Positions 28,392-37,740 of a DNA stretch of 64,000 nucleotides are shown here, one piece after another. The DNA comes from Acidobacteriota bacterium (GTDB lineage Bacteria > Acidobacteriota > UBA890 > WLXD01). The DNA lies in NCBI GenBank assembly GCA_963666215.2, contig CAXWPL010000005.1:576001-640000 (forward strand), in the 5' to 3' direction. The first letter of the stretch is position 1. Every line of letters starts with the position of its first letter. A program made the translations under genes and the position numbers. Below the pieces are notes generated by a model. The model saw nothing but the letters and a program-made list of their open reading frames with translations. It had not been told where the DNA came from and did not search any database.

Positions 28392-31073
28392 GTGGTCGGC
28401 AAAACTCTAGGTCATTACGAGATCCTCGAACCGCTCGGTGCGGGCGGTATGGGCGAGGTGTATCGGGCGCGGGACACGACGCTGAAGCGCGAGGTGGCGA
28501 TCAAGGTTCTGCCCGAGGAACTGAGCGCCGACCCGGACCGCCTCGCAAGGCTGGAGCGGGAGGCCCACCTGCTGGCGGCGCTGAACCACCCCAACATCGC
28601 CACCATCCACGCCCTCGAAGAAGACCAGGGGGCACGCTTCCTCGTACTCGAACTGGTGAAAGGTGAATCGTTAGAACAGAAACTGGCCACGGGACCGTTG
28701 CCCGTCGAGAAAGCGCTCGATGTCTGCAAGCAAATCGCCGAGGCGCTGGAGGCTGCACACGGTGAGGGGATCATCCATCGGGATCTGAAGCCAGCGAACG
28801 TGCTGGTTACACCGGACGGGCGCGCCAAAGTACTCGACTTCGGCATCGCCAAGAGCACGAAGGTAGGCGTTGAAGTTGCCGAAACCGCAAAAGCGACAGA
28901 TTTGACCCTGGCGGGAACGTTGGTGGGGACGCCGCCCTACATGAGTCCCGAGCAAGTGCGTGGCGAGTCAATCGACAAGCGCGCCGACATCTGGGCGTTC
29001 GGCTGCGTCCTGTACGAGATGCTGACCGGCAGGAGTGCGTTTGCGAAGGAGACGATGGCCGACACCCTCGCGGCAATCGTTGATCAGGACCCGGATTGGA
29101 ACGCCCTCCCCAATGAGATACCGCGTCAGGTTCGTCATCTCATCAAGAGGTGTTTACGGAAGGACTCCCAGCGCCGCCTCCGCGACATCGCCGATGCCCG
29201 GATCGAGATCGAGGACTCGCTCAGTGGGGACACAGACGCTGTGTCCGCGATGCTGGCTGCCCCCGCCGTCGTGGAAACGACTCGCGCCATCCCCTGGAAG
29301 CTGGCAGCCCTGATGGCCGTGGCCAGCGCCCTTCTGGCAGCGTTCGGAGTCTGGATCACGAGCCCGTCGCCGCCAGAGTCCCTCATTCGCCGCTTCTACA
29401 TCGACTATCCACCGGAAACTACCTTCCAGGCCGCTGCCACCCTGGGCGTTGCGATCTCACCCGATGGCAGGTCGGTGGTATTCAACGCCAACCGGCGGCT
29501 TTGGCTCCGAGCGATTGACGATCTGGTAGCCGCACCCATCCGTGGCACAGAGCAAGCGAGCGTGCCGTTCTTTTCACCCGATGGCCAACAACTCGGCTTT
29601 TGGGGAGGCGACGGCCAGATGAAGAGCGTTTCGATCACCGGCGGTACGCCGGTGTCGCTGGGGCCAGCGCCGGAGCGAGCCTTCGGGGCGAGCTGGGCAG
29701 ATGACGGCTACATCTACTTCGGGCAGGGTGCAGGAGGGATCTTGCGTGTCTCGGAGAACGGCGGTGACCCACAGGTAGTCGTTCAGATGGAAGAAGGCGA
29801 GCAAGCCCACGGCCCACAACTTCTTCCCCGTTCCGAGTGGTTGCTGTTTACGCTGTTGACCGGCTCCGGCTCGTGGAACGCTGCGAGCATTGTTGCGCAG
29901 CCGGTGTCCGGCGGCGAGCCCAAGCTGCTGGTGGCCGGAGGGACCGATGGCCGCTACGTGCCCACCGGCCACATCGTCTATTCCCTCGAAGGCAACCTTT
30001 TTGCGGTGCCCTTCGACGCTGACAGCATAGAGGTTACCGGAGCACCGGTATCCATCGTTGAGGGAATCCAACAAGCGTTTGGTGGCGTCACGGGAGCAAG
30101 CCAGTTCGCGTTTTCGGATCGCGGTGGGTTGGTGTACATGCCGGGTGGTGGCGCTTCGGGCGCTTTCCAACTCGTCTGGGTGGATCGTGACGGCCAAGTC
30201 GGGCTGCTGCCCTTCGAGCCGCGTTCGTCTCAGAACTTGGCCCTCTCGCCGGATGGGCAGCGCATCGCGCTGCAAATCCAGGGAGATGATGGGGAGTCGG
30301 ACATCTGGATCTACGAGGTCGAACGAGGAGGCAGCCAGGTGCTGCTGACCACGGAGGGCAACAACCAATATCCCGTTTGGTCGCCCGATGGAGAGTGGGT
30401 TTTCTTCACGTCAAATCGGAGTGGCAATTACGACATCTGGAAGCGGCGGGCTGACCGAAGTCTCGACGCCGAGCAGGTGTTGACTACAGCGGCTGACGAC
30501 GTGCGGCCGTCGTCGATCTCGGCGGACGGAGAGAGGCTGCTGTTTGACAGCGGGTTATTCCCGAATCGCGACGTGGGGATGCTGGCTCTCGATACAGATC
30601 AGGAGCCGGAAATGCTCGTCGCTACCGCCGCCGATGAGTTACAGGGCAGTTTCTCGTCGGACGGTCGCTTCTTCGCCTTTGAATCGAACGAGACCGGGCA
30701 AAGGGAGGTGATGGTGCGGGAGTTGTCGAACGGTCGGACATTTCCGGTCTCTACGAGTACCCGTGGTGGTGTTGGCCCTCGCTGGTCGCGGGATGGAACG
30801 GAGATTTACTACCGGTCCCGAATAGGCTCAGGCATCCTCGTTGCGGAAGTGGCGATGGAGCCGTTTTCCGCATCCGACCCTCTCGAACTCTTGGCCATCA
30901 TCCACCGTTCCGGTGTCCACTTCGATGTCACCGCTGATGGACAGAGGTTCCTGGTGACGGTGCCCACTGGTGGTGGCGATGCTGGGAACACAGCGCCCGC
31001 CGCACGACTCAACGTCATCCTCAACTGGTTCGAGGAGTTGAAGCGGCTGGTTCCGACAAGCGGCTCTCAATGA
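28392..31073 (+). CDS. Hanks-type Ser/Thr kinase with TM helix and TolB/PD40-like beta-propeller
   Basis: LGAGGMGEVY, VAIK, HRDLKPAN, DFG, YMSPE, TM helix, repeated SPDG motifs, NWFEELK C-terminus. Confidence 0.93.
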   Translation: MVGKTLGHYEILEPLGAGGMGEVYRARDTTLKREVAIKVLPEELSADPDRLARLEREAHLLAALNHPNIATIHALEEDQGARFLVLELVKGESLEQKLATGPLPVEKALDVCKQIAEALEAAHGEGIIHRDLKPANVLVTPDGRAKVLDFGIAKSTKVGVEVAETAKATDLTLAGTLVGTPPYMSPEQVRGESIDKRADIWAFGCVLYEMLTGRSAFAKETMADTLAAIVDQDPDWNALPNEIPRQVRHLIKRCLRKDSQRRLRDIADARIEIEDSLSGDTDAVSAMLAAPAVVETTRAIPWKLAALMAVASALLAAFGVWITSPSPPESLIRRFYIDYPPETTFQAAATLGVAISPDGRSVVFNANRRLWLRAIDDLVAAPIRGTEQASVPFFSPDGQQLGFWGGDGQMKSVSITGGTPVSLGPAPERAFGASWADDGYIYFGQGAGGILRVSENGGDPQVVVQMEEGEQAHGPQLLPRSEWLLFTLLTGSGSWNAASIVAQPVSGGEPKLLVAGGTDGRYVPTGHIVYSLEGNLFAVPFDADSIEVTGAPVSIVEGIQQAFGGVTGASQFAFSDRGGLVYMPGGGASGAFQLVWVDRDGQVGLLPFEPRSSQNLALSPDGQRIALQIQGDDGESDIWIYEVERGGSQVLLTTEGNNQYPVWSPDGEWVFFTSNRSGNYDIWKRRADRSLDAEQVLTTAADDVRPSSISADGERLLFDSGLFPNRDVGMLALDTDQEPEMLVATAADELQGSFSSDGRFFAFESNETGQREVMVRELSNGRTFPVSTSTRGGVGPRWSRDGTEIYYRSRIGSGILVAEVAMEPFSASDPLELLAIIHRSGVHFDVTADGQRFLVTVPTGGGDAGNTAPAARLNVILNWFEELKRLVPTSGSQ

Positions 31074-32182
31074 TCGGCACCTCACTCGGCCCCTACAAGA
31101 TCATCGAGCAGATCGGCGCTGGCGGCATGGGCGAGGTGTACCTCGGCGAGGACACCCGCCTGGGTCGCAAGGTGGCGATCAAGGTGCTGCCGGAGAAGTA
31201 CGCCAGCGACCCGGAGCGGCTGGCCCGGTTCGAGCAGGAAGCCCGCGCTGCCGCTGCTCTGAATCACCCCCACATCGCCGTCGTTCACGACATCGGCACC
31301 GAGGGCGACACCCACTTCATGGTGCAGGAGTACTTGGAGGGGCAGAGCCTGCGGGAGCGGCTCGAAAAGGGGGCGTTGCCACTCGACAAGGCACTGGATC
31401 TGTCTATCGAGGTCGGCGAGGCGCTCATCGCCGCCCACAAGGCCGGGATCATCCACCGCGACCTGAAGCCCGACAACATCTTCGTGACCGAGGAGGGGCA
31501 CGCGAAGGTGTTGGACTTCGGGCTTGCCAAGCTCACCGAGATGGCCGCACCCGTCGGTAGCTCCGCCACGATGTCGCCGACAATGCTCGGAACGGTGGCC
31601 GGGCAAGTGATGGGCACCGCCGGGTACATGGCCCCGGAGCAGGTCAACGGCGAAGAAGTGGATCAGCGGGCCGATCTGTTCGCATTTGGGAGCGTGCTCT
31701 ACGAGACGATCACCGGCAGGCAGGCATTCGCGGGCAAGAGCATCCCTGACACGCTCTCGCGGATTCTCCACGATGAGCCAGGACTGCTTGTCGAGGTGGA
31801 CGAGTCGTTGCCATTCGAGTTGCAGCGGATCATCAAGAAGTCTCTGGCGAAGGAACGGGCGAAGCGTTACCAAGCGGCAGGTGAGCTGGTCATCGACTTG
31901 CAGGCGCTCGGAGCCGATGTCGAGTCGGGCACGGCCATGCCGCTTGGCGGCCAGCAGCTTGTCGCTCCGGGCGCCGTTGAAACGACTCGCACCAACCCTT
32001 GGAAGCTGGCCGTTCCGCTGGCCGTCGTCGCCGCCCTTCTGGCAGCGTTCGGAGTCTGGTTCACGACCCCGTCGTCGCCAGAGTCCATCATCCGCCGCTT
32101 TGAAATCGAGTATCCACCAGAAACTATCTTCCAGGCCACTAACACCCTGGGCGGGCGGATCTATTCGCCTTTGAGCACCTGA
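31070..32182 (+). pseudogene. Second Ser/Thr kinase, truncated just after the TM helix
   Basis: Intact kinase motifs. Similarity to the upstream paralogue stops abruptly at about 32152, before the first propeller blade. Confidence 0.8.
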
Positions 32183-32248
32183 GGCCTTGGTCAGCGGCCG
32201 GATATTAGCGCTGGCAGGTAAGGCAGCACCACGGTTCGGGGGCCGCGG

Positions 32249-33657
32249 GGGGATGTCACAGGCTCCGTTGAAAAAGGGTGACGGTGATCCGACCTCGATA
32301 GTGTGTCGGGGTCAATCCACTGGCATGGAGGATCACCGTCATGAGCAAGAGTCGCAGAACAGAGACAAGTAGGAAAGCGGAGCGCCAAGAGAACCCGCTC
32401 CTGGAGGCAGTGGTAGCGGCGCGATCGGATCTACGAGCGCTGGTCATGGACGCGGGCTTCGGGGTGTTGGGTTCGCTGCTGGAAGAAGACCGGGCGGAGC
32501 TCTGCGGAGAGCGCTACGCGCGGTCACAGCAGCGGCGGGCGTACCGACACGGCTACGACGAGGGCTCGCTGGTGATGGGCGGCCGGCGGGTCAAGGTACG
32601 CAAGCCGCGGGCTCGGAGCGTCGATGGCCAAGAGCTGCCGCTGCCGCACTGGGAGAGGTTCAAGGCAACAGATCCGCTCGAAGAGCGCGCCGTAGAGCAG
32701 ATCCTGTGCGGCGTCACGACGCGCAAGTACGAGCGCTCGTTAGAGCAGCTCGACGACGGGCGAGCTTCGTCGGGAACGAGTCGCTCGAGTGTGTCGCGGC
32801 GGTTCGTAGCGCGTACAGCCAAGCAGGTGCAGCAGTACCTGGCCCAACCGCTCAATGAAGTGGACCTGCCGGTGCTGGTGATCGACGGCACGCACATGGG
32901 CAAGCACTTGTTGGTGATCGCCATGGGCATCGACGCGGACGGCGTCAAGCATGTGCTGGGTGTCGTAGAGGGCACCACGGAGAGCTCCCACGTGTGCCGG
33001 TCGCTGCTGCGGCAGTTGATCGAGCGCGGCATGCCCGTCGAACGGGCGCGGTTGGTGGTAATCGATGGCTCCAAGGGCCTCCGTAAAGCAGTGCGCGACA
33101 CGTTCGGCGAGTGGGCCCTGATCCAGCGCTGCCGTGTCCACAAGATCAAGAATGTATTGGAGCATCTGCCAGGGCATATCCGGCCCTGGTTCGCAGCCAA
33201 GATCCGCAAGGCGTGGAAGGCGGAGACGGCCACGGCAGCGACCAAGCAGCTCGACGCCGTGGTCAAGGAGCTGGAGACCGATCACCCCGGTGCAGCGGCC
33301 TCGCTCAGAGAAGGAATGCAAGAGACGCTCACCGTCACTCGGCTCCGAGTTCAGGGGCCGCTGCTTCGGACGTTACGTTCAACGAATACGATCGAGAACC
33401 TGAACGGGACGATCAAACACGTCAGCCGCAACGTAAAGCGGTGGCGCTCCGGGAGCATGATCGTTCGATGGGCGGTTACTGCACTCATCGAGGCCGAGAG
33501 CAAGTTCCGGAGGGTTCGTGGCTACCGCGACATCGCCAAGCTCGATGCCGCACTCAACACCGCCGTCGACGTTCCCCTTGAGCAGGAGCGCCGTACTGCG
33601 TAACAATCCCCAACCACTTCACCGTCGCCTTAGTTCAACGGACGGTGGGACATCCCC
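32249..33657 (+). mobile_element. IS256-family insertion sequence
   Basis: 39-bp IRs beginning GGGGATGTC (31/39 identical). Perfect 8-bp target duplication GGCCGCGG at 32241-32248 and 33658-33665. Confidence 0.95.
32341..33603 (+). CDS. IS256-family transposase
   Basis: GVTTRK, LVIDG, VIDGSKGL, IQRCRVHK..N, STNTIE.LN motifs. Confidence 0.95.
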   Translation: MSKSRRTETSRKAERQENPLLEAVVAARSDLRALVMDAGFGVLGSLLEEDRAELCGERYARSQQRRAYRHGYDEGSLVMGGRRVKVRKPRARSVDGQELPLPHWERFKATDPLEERAVEQILCGVTTRKYERSLEQLDDGRASSGTSRSSVSRRFVARTAKQVQQYLAQPLNEVDLPVLVIDGTHMGKHLLVIAMGIDADGVKHVLGVVEGTTESSHVCRSLLRQLIERGMPVERARLVVIDGSKGLRKAVRDTFGEWALIQRCRVHKIKNVLEHLPGHIRPWFAAKIRKAWKAETATAATKQLDAVVKELETDHPGAAASLREGMQETLTVTRLRVQGPLLRTLRSTNTIENLNGTIKHVSRNVKRWRSGSMIVRWAVTALIEAESKFRRVRGYRDIAKLDAALNTAVDVPLEQERRTA

Positions 33658-33734
33658 GGCCGCGGCCCTGATGCCTCTCAGGAGCTGCACGGCGGCGACC
33701 AGCCGTAGCCCGGATCGCAGGTCCGGGGATCCGC

Positions 33735-34199
33735 TCACGACCGCGACAATCGCTGCAGCCGCGTTAGTACGCGATCGAGCGTGGCGGCGAACGCTTGCTT
33801 GTCCTTCGCTCCGTAGGGCGGCGGCCCACCGGTCGCCAGGCCGGCGCCACGCAGCTCGTGCATAAAGTCGCGGACTGATCTTCGGTGGGCGACGTTCTCC
33901 GAGGTGTACTCCTCGCCGCGCGGGTCGATCACGGCGATCGACCGGTTGACCAGCTCCTCCGCAAGCAGGATGTCGGCGGTCACAGCCAGGTCTCCCGACT
34001 CGGCACGCTCGGCAATCAGCCGATCGGCGGCATCTTCTCCGGCGGGCACGAGCAGCGAGGAGACATGCGGCTGCCCGCGTGGCAGCGCGAGCGCCTTGTT
34101 GGCCACGAGAACGACCTCGATCTCGAGCCGCCTGCCGGCGCGGTAGATGATCTCCTTCATCTCCCGCGGTGATGCGTCTGCGTCAACCCAGAGCTTCAT
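33735..34199 (-). CDS. YaiI/YqxD family protein
   Basis: MKLWVDADA.P, DAAD..I, VTADI.LA, PRG..Y, GGP.PY motifs. Confidence 0.9.
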   Translation of the reverse strand: MKLWVDADASPREMKEIIYRAGRRLEIEVVLVANKALALPRGQPHVSSLLVPAGEDAADRLIAERAESGDLAVTADILLAEELVNRSIAVIDPRGEEYTSENVAHRRSVRDFMHELRGAGLATGGPPPYGAKDKQAFAATLDRVLTRLQRLSRS

Positions 34200-34229
34200 T
34201 GGAGCTCTCCGCCGCCTCGAGAATGACCA

Positions 34230-35883
34230 GGTTCGAAGGAAGTTCCAGCACCTGAATCCTACTGATGCCCGCTCGCCGACGGCGTCACCGAGCCCGGCAG
34301 GAAGGAAGGTGCGGCAAGACCGTCGTCAAGAAGGAGTCCTTCGATCGTCGCGATCGCGACCCATGTCTCACCCAGCGCCTCGATGTACTCCTGCTCCGCC
34401 TGGAACAGCGTGCGCTGGGCGATCAGCACCTGCGGGAAGGAGGCCGCCATGCGCTGGTGGCTGGCGACGAAGAGCTCGTAGGCCTCGTTGGCCGCCGGCA
34501 GGATCTCGTCGCGGTACACGGTGACCGCTTCGCGGCCCTCTTCATAGAGCGCGAACACCTGCGCGAGGCGACTTCGAATGGTCAGCTCGATGCGGCGAAT
34601 CTCGTCGACCGCCAGCTCGCGCATCGCCAGCGCCGCGGCGATGTTGCCTTGATTGCGATCGGAAACCGGCAGCTCCAGCCGAACGCCGAACTGCGCCTGC
34701 CAGCCAACCGCCTCCACGCCGACATCCAGGCGATCGCTGTTCCACCCGAAGCCGCCGAGCAGGCTCAGGTCGGGTTTCCCCTCGGCGCGAGCACTTCGCA
34801 CAACCGCTTCGGCGCGCTCCAGGTCCTTGTGACCCAGCTCTGTTTGCGGGCTGCGCTCGAAGATATCGGCGAGGAGAGCCGAGAATTCGAGCCTCGGGAT
34901 CTCGGTCTCGAGTGAGCCTTCGAGCGACGCCGCCGCGACCTCACCTACTCCCACTACGGCGGCGAGCTGGCTTCGCACGCGCGACCGCTGGGCACGGGCG
35001 CGCTCGAGATCGAGCCCTGCGCGCCGCGCCTGGATCTGAGCCTCCAGCAGGTCGGGGCGAGCGGCAGCACCCGTGTTCATGAGCTGGCGCGTGATCTCCA
35101 CCGCCTGCTCGGCGAGCCCGGTGAGCCGCGTTCGCACATCAACCCGCCGATCGGCGGCCAACGCCGCGTAGTAGTGGGCGCGCACGTCGGTGAGAACGCG
35201 GAGCTTTCGAGCCTCCACTTCGATTCCGGCCAGATCCTCCTCGCGCGCCGCGACCTCGGTGCGCTGTCGACGCTTGCCGCCGAGCAGGATCGGCTGCTCG
35301 ACGAAGAACATGTGCGTCGTGCTTTCGCCGGGCCGCTTGAAGGCAATCTCGTGTCCCTCGTAGCCAATCGCCGGATTAGGGCGCAACTGAGCCTGGAGTC
35401 GCTAGCTCCTCGAGCTGGTCGCGATCGAAGCTCGCTGGCTCCTGCTGCGCTGCGGCGGCCGACACGAACGCCAGCGAGATGGCCCGCGCCACAACGCGGC
35501 CGGTAGCGGCTCCGAAACCCGTCGGCATCGAGCGGCTCATCGTGAACCTCCGTTCGAGGCGCTCTTTGCCGCGGCAGCGTCGGCCCGCAGTTGCTGCACT
35601 CGATCGTAGAGGTCGGGCTCGAGAACCCGGACGATGGTCATCATGCCCATCACACCGCCGCTCCAGGTTGGCCGCATGCCGAAGGTCTCGGGCTTGGCCA
35701 CCATCTGGTCCATCACCATGAAGTGGTCCTGGGGGAATCCAGGAACCGCGAGTGCCCCTTGCCCCGCGTCCGCCGGCGCGTCGTGGCCGGCGTTCGGAGA
35801 TTGCGGCGCCCTCCGCCCCCCCCATCCCCGGAGCCATGTCTCCACCCGTGCGCTGGCCGTGGCCGGCCGCTGCAATGGGGCCA
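34230..35883 (-). repeat. Decayed near-identical direct duplicate of 37712-39510 (tolC plus oxidase 3' end)
   Basis: Matches at offset 3482, then a 62-bp deletion (38886-38947 missing), an 83-bp deletion (39340-39422 missing) and two A>C substitutions. Confidence 0.95.
34259..35540 (-). pseudogene. TolC-family copy with a frameshifting 62-bp deletion near the 5' end
   Basis: C-terminal 374 aa identical to 37741-39084. Signal-peptide region out of frame after the junction at 35403/35404. Confidence 0.85.
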
Positions 35884-36069
35884 TCACGGCGTGATGCAGC
35901 CTCGACGCTCTGAGCGGCCCGAGACGTCCGCGACCGCCGATTCAGGGAGCGCCCCGGTCGCTGCCGCGTGGCGGCGCCTCAGGCCTTCGGGCCGGCCCTC
36001 TTAGGCGCGTCCGGCAGGACGCGTCGCGCGTGCCGAACGGGGGATGCCTCGTCTGCAGCGTCAGGAAGC

Positions 36070-37008
36070 CTATTCCGGGTTCGCCTTGGTGTGTTTGCTC
36101 TGATTGATGACGCTCATCGCAGTTGCCACCATCGATGCCGCGTCGGCGACGCTGGCCGGCAGGATCATGGTGTTGTTGGCTTTGGCCAACTCCCCGAACT
36201 TCTCGATGTAATCCTGCGCGACTTTCAGCTGCACGGCGCCGGGCCCGCCGGGAGCTTGAATCGCTGCGGCGACCCGAGTGATCCCGCCAGCGGTCGCGGC
36301 GGCGACGGCAAGGATCGCCTCTGCTTCTCCCTCAGCTTCGTTGATTTGCTGCTGCTTCGCGGCCTCCGACGCCATGATGACCTGCTGCTTGGCACCATCG
36401 GCGGCATTGACTACGGCATCACGCTCCCCTTCCGATGTCAGGACCACGGCACGCTTCTCGCGCTCGGCGCGCATCTGCTTCTCCATGGCGGCGAGAACGT
36501 CCTTCGGTGGGGTGATGTTCTTGATCTCGTAGCGCAGCACCTTGATGCCCCACGGATCAGACGCCTTGTCCACCTCGTTGACGACCTGAACGTTGATCGA
36601 GGTTCTTTCTTCGAACGTCCGATCCAGGTCGATCTTGCCGATCTCGCTGCGAAGAGTCGTCTGGGCCAGCTGGCTGATGGCGAACAGGTAATCGCCCACA
36701 CCATAGGACGCTCGTTTGGGATCCATCACCTTTAGGTAGAGGACTCCATCGACGCCGACCTGCACGTTGTCACGAGTGATGCAGATCTGCTCTGCGATGT
36801 CGACAGCTCTCTCCTTTAGACTGTGCCTGTAGCGGATCACGTCAAGAAACGGGAGCAAGATGTAAAAGCCTGCCTCAAGTGTCTGCTTGTACTTACCCAG
36901 CCGCTCGACGACGAAGGCGTTCTGCTGAGGAACGACGGTCGCGGTCTTGGCGATGATGACCACTACGAGTATCGCGACCAGAACGAAAACAAAGACGCCC
37001 ATGCTCAT
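36070..37008 (-). CDS. SPFH/band 7 (paraslipin/QmcA-like) protein
   Basis: VVERLGKY, ITRDNV.V.VDG, QLAQTTLRSEIGK, RYEIKNI.PP, MEKQMRAEREKRA. Confidence 0.93.
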   Translation of the reverse strand: MSMGVFVFVLVAILVVVIIAKTATVVPQQNAFVVERLGKYKQTLEAGFYILLPFLDVIRYRHSLKERAVDIAEQICITRDNVQVGVDGVLYLKVMDPKRASYGVGDYLFAISQLAQTTLRSEIGKIDLDRTFEERTSINVQVVNEVDKASDPWGIKVLRYEIKNITPPKDVLAAMEKQMRAEREKRAVVLTSEGERDAVVNAADGAKQQVIMASEAAKQQQINEAEGEAEAILAVAAATAGGITRVAAAIQAPGGPGAVQLKVAQDYIEKFGELAKANNTMILPASVADAASMVATAMSVINQSKHTKANPE

Positions 37009-37010
37009 GC

Positions 37011-37445
37011 CTAGCTCCTTCGTATGTACAGCATCAACCCGTCGATGCGCTCGACGACACCTCTGTCGCCTTGAGCGAGAGACTCGGTTCCGACATTCTG
37101 AGCGCCCCAGGACGTCCCGCGAAGCTCAGCCTTGCCCTCGGCGCCCGGAGCTATATCTCCGCTCGCGATCACGGTCACGCCAACCAGCGAATCGACCTGC
37201 TCCGCCTCGTCGCCAGGCCCTTTTAGCCTCCTGAGAATCGGTCCACGAAGGGTCAACAGAGACATCACCGAGAGCACCGAGAACATGGCCCACTGGAACC
37301 AAATGGGCCCACCGAGGCCGATCCAAACAAGGCCACCGACCACGACGGCACCCGCGCCAAAGAAGAGCAGAATGATGCCGCCCGGAATGATGACCTCGAC
37401 GGCCAGTAGTCCCAGCCCTACCAGTATCCAGACCCACCAGCCCAT
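37011..37445 (-). CDS. NfeD-family (YbbJ-like) protein
   Basis: WW.W...GL.LL..E, TM helices, C-terminal G....RGT.W.A OB-like domain. Adjacent to the SPFH gene. Confidence 0.88.
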   Translation of the reverse strand: MGWWVWILVGLGLLAVEVIIPGGIILLFFGAGAVVVGGLVWIGLGGPIWFQWAMFSVLSVMSLLTLRGPILRRLKGPGDEAEQVDSLVGVTVIASGDIAPGAEGKAELRGTSWGAQNVGTESLAQGDRGVVERIDGLMLYIRRS

Positions 37446-37446
37446 T

Positions 37447-37596
37447 TCAGGTTTCCCCTTGTCCTGTTGGGATCGAGTCCGGAGGCATAACCTCCAGCGA
37501 CTGCCTCGCCACGAGCACGGTGAGCGCAACGACCGTGATCAGGATCGCGAAACTGGCTCGGTGTCCAGGACGAATTGGGAGCGTCGCGGTGCGCAT
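37447..37596 (-). CDS. 49-aa single-TM small protein upstream of nfeD
   Basis: AAAGGAGG RBS. MRTATLPIRPGHRASFAILITVVALTVLVARQSLEVMPPDSIPTGQGET*. Stop 1 nt before the nfeD ATG. Confidence 0.5.
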   Translation of the reverse strand: MRTATLPIRPGHRASFAILITVVALTVLVARQSLEVMPPDSIPTGQGET

Positions 37597-37740
37597 CAGG
37601 GAGCCTCCTTTGGTGCAGAAAGGCTTCCGTTCTGTTAGCGAACGGGTTCATACAGGAAACCACCAACGCGCCCGAATTGCGATCGCCGTAGGCTAACTCC
37701 GAGTTGTCGGTGGTTCGAAGGAAGTTCCAGCACCTGAATC

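Noticed and set aside
34230-34260. GGTTCGAA at the duplication boundary resembling a tRNA T-arm/att site
   Set aside because: The continuation does not form a T-stem or acceptor end, and no integrase is nearby.
35884-36069. Cluster of GC hairpins including GGCC-TTCG-GGCC
   Set aside because: Very GC-rich sequence folds by chance, and no recognisable RNA motif is present.
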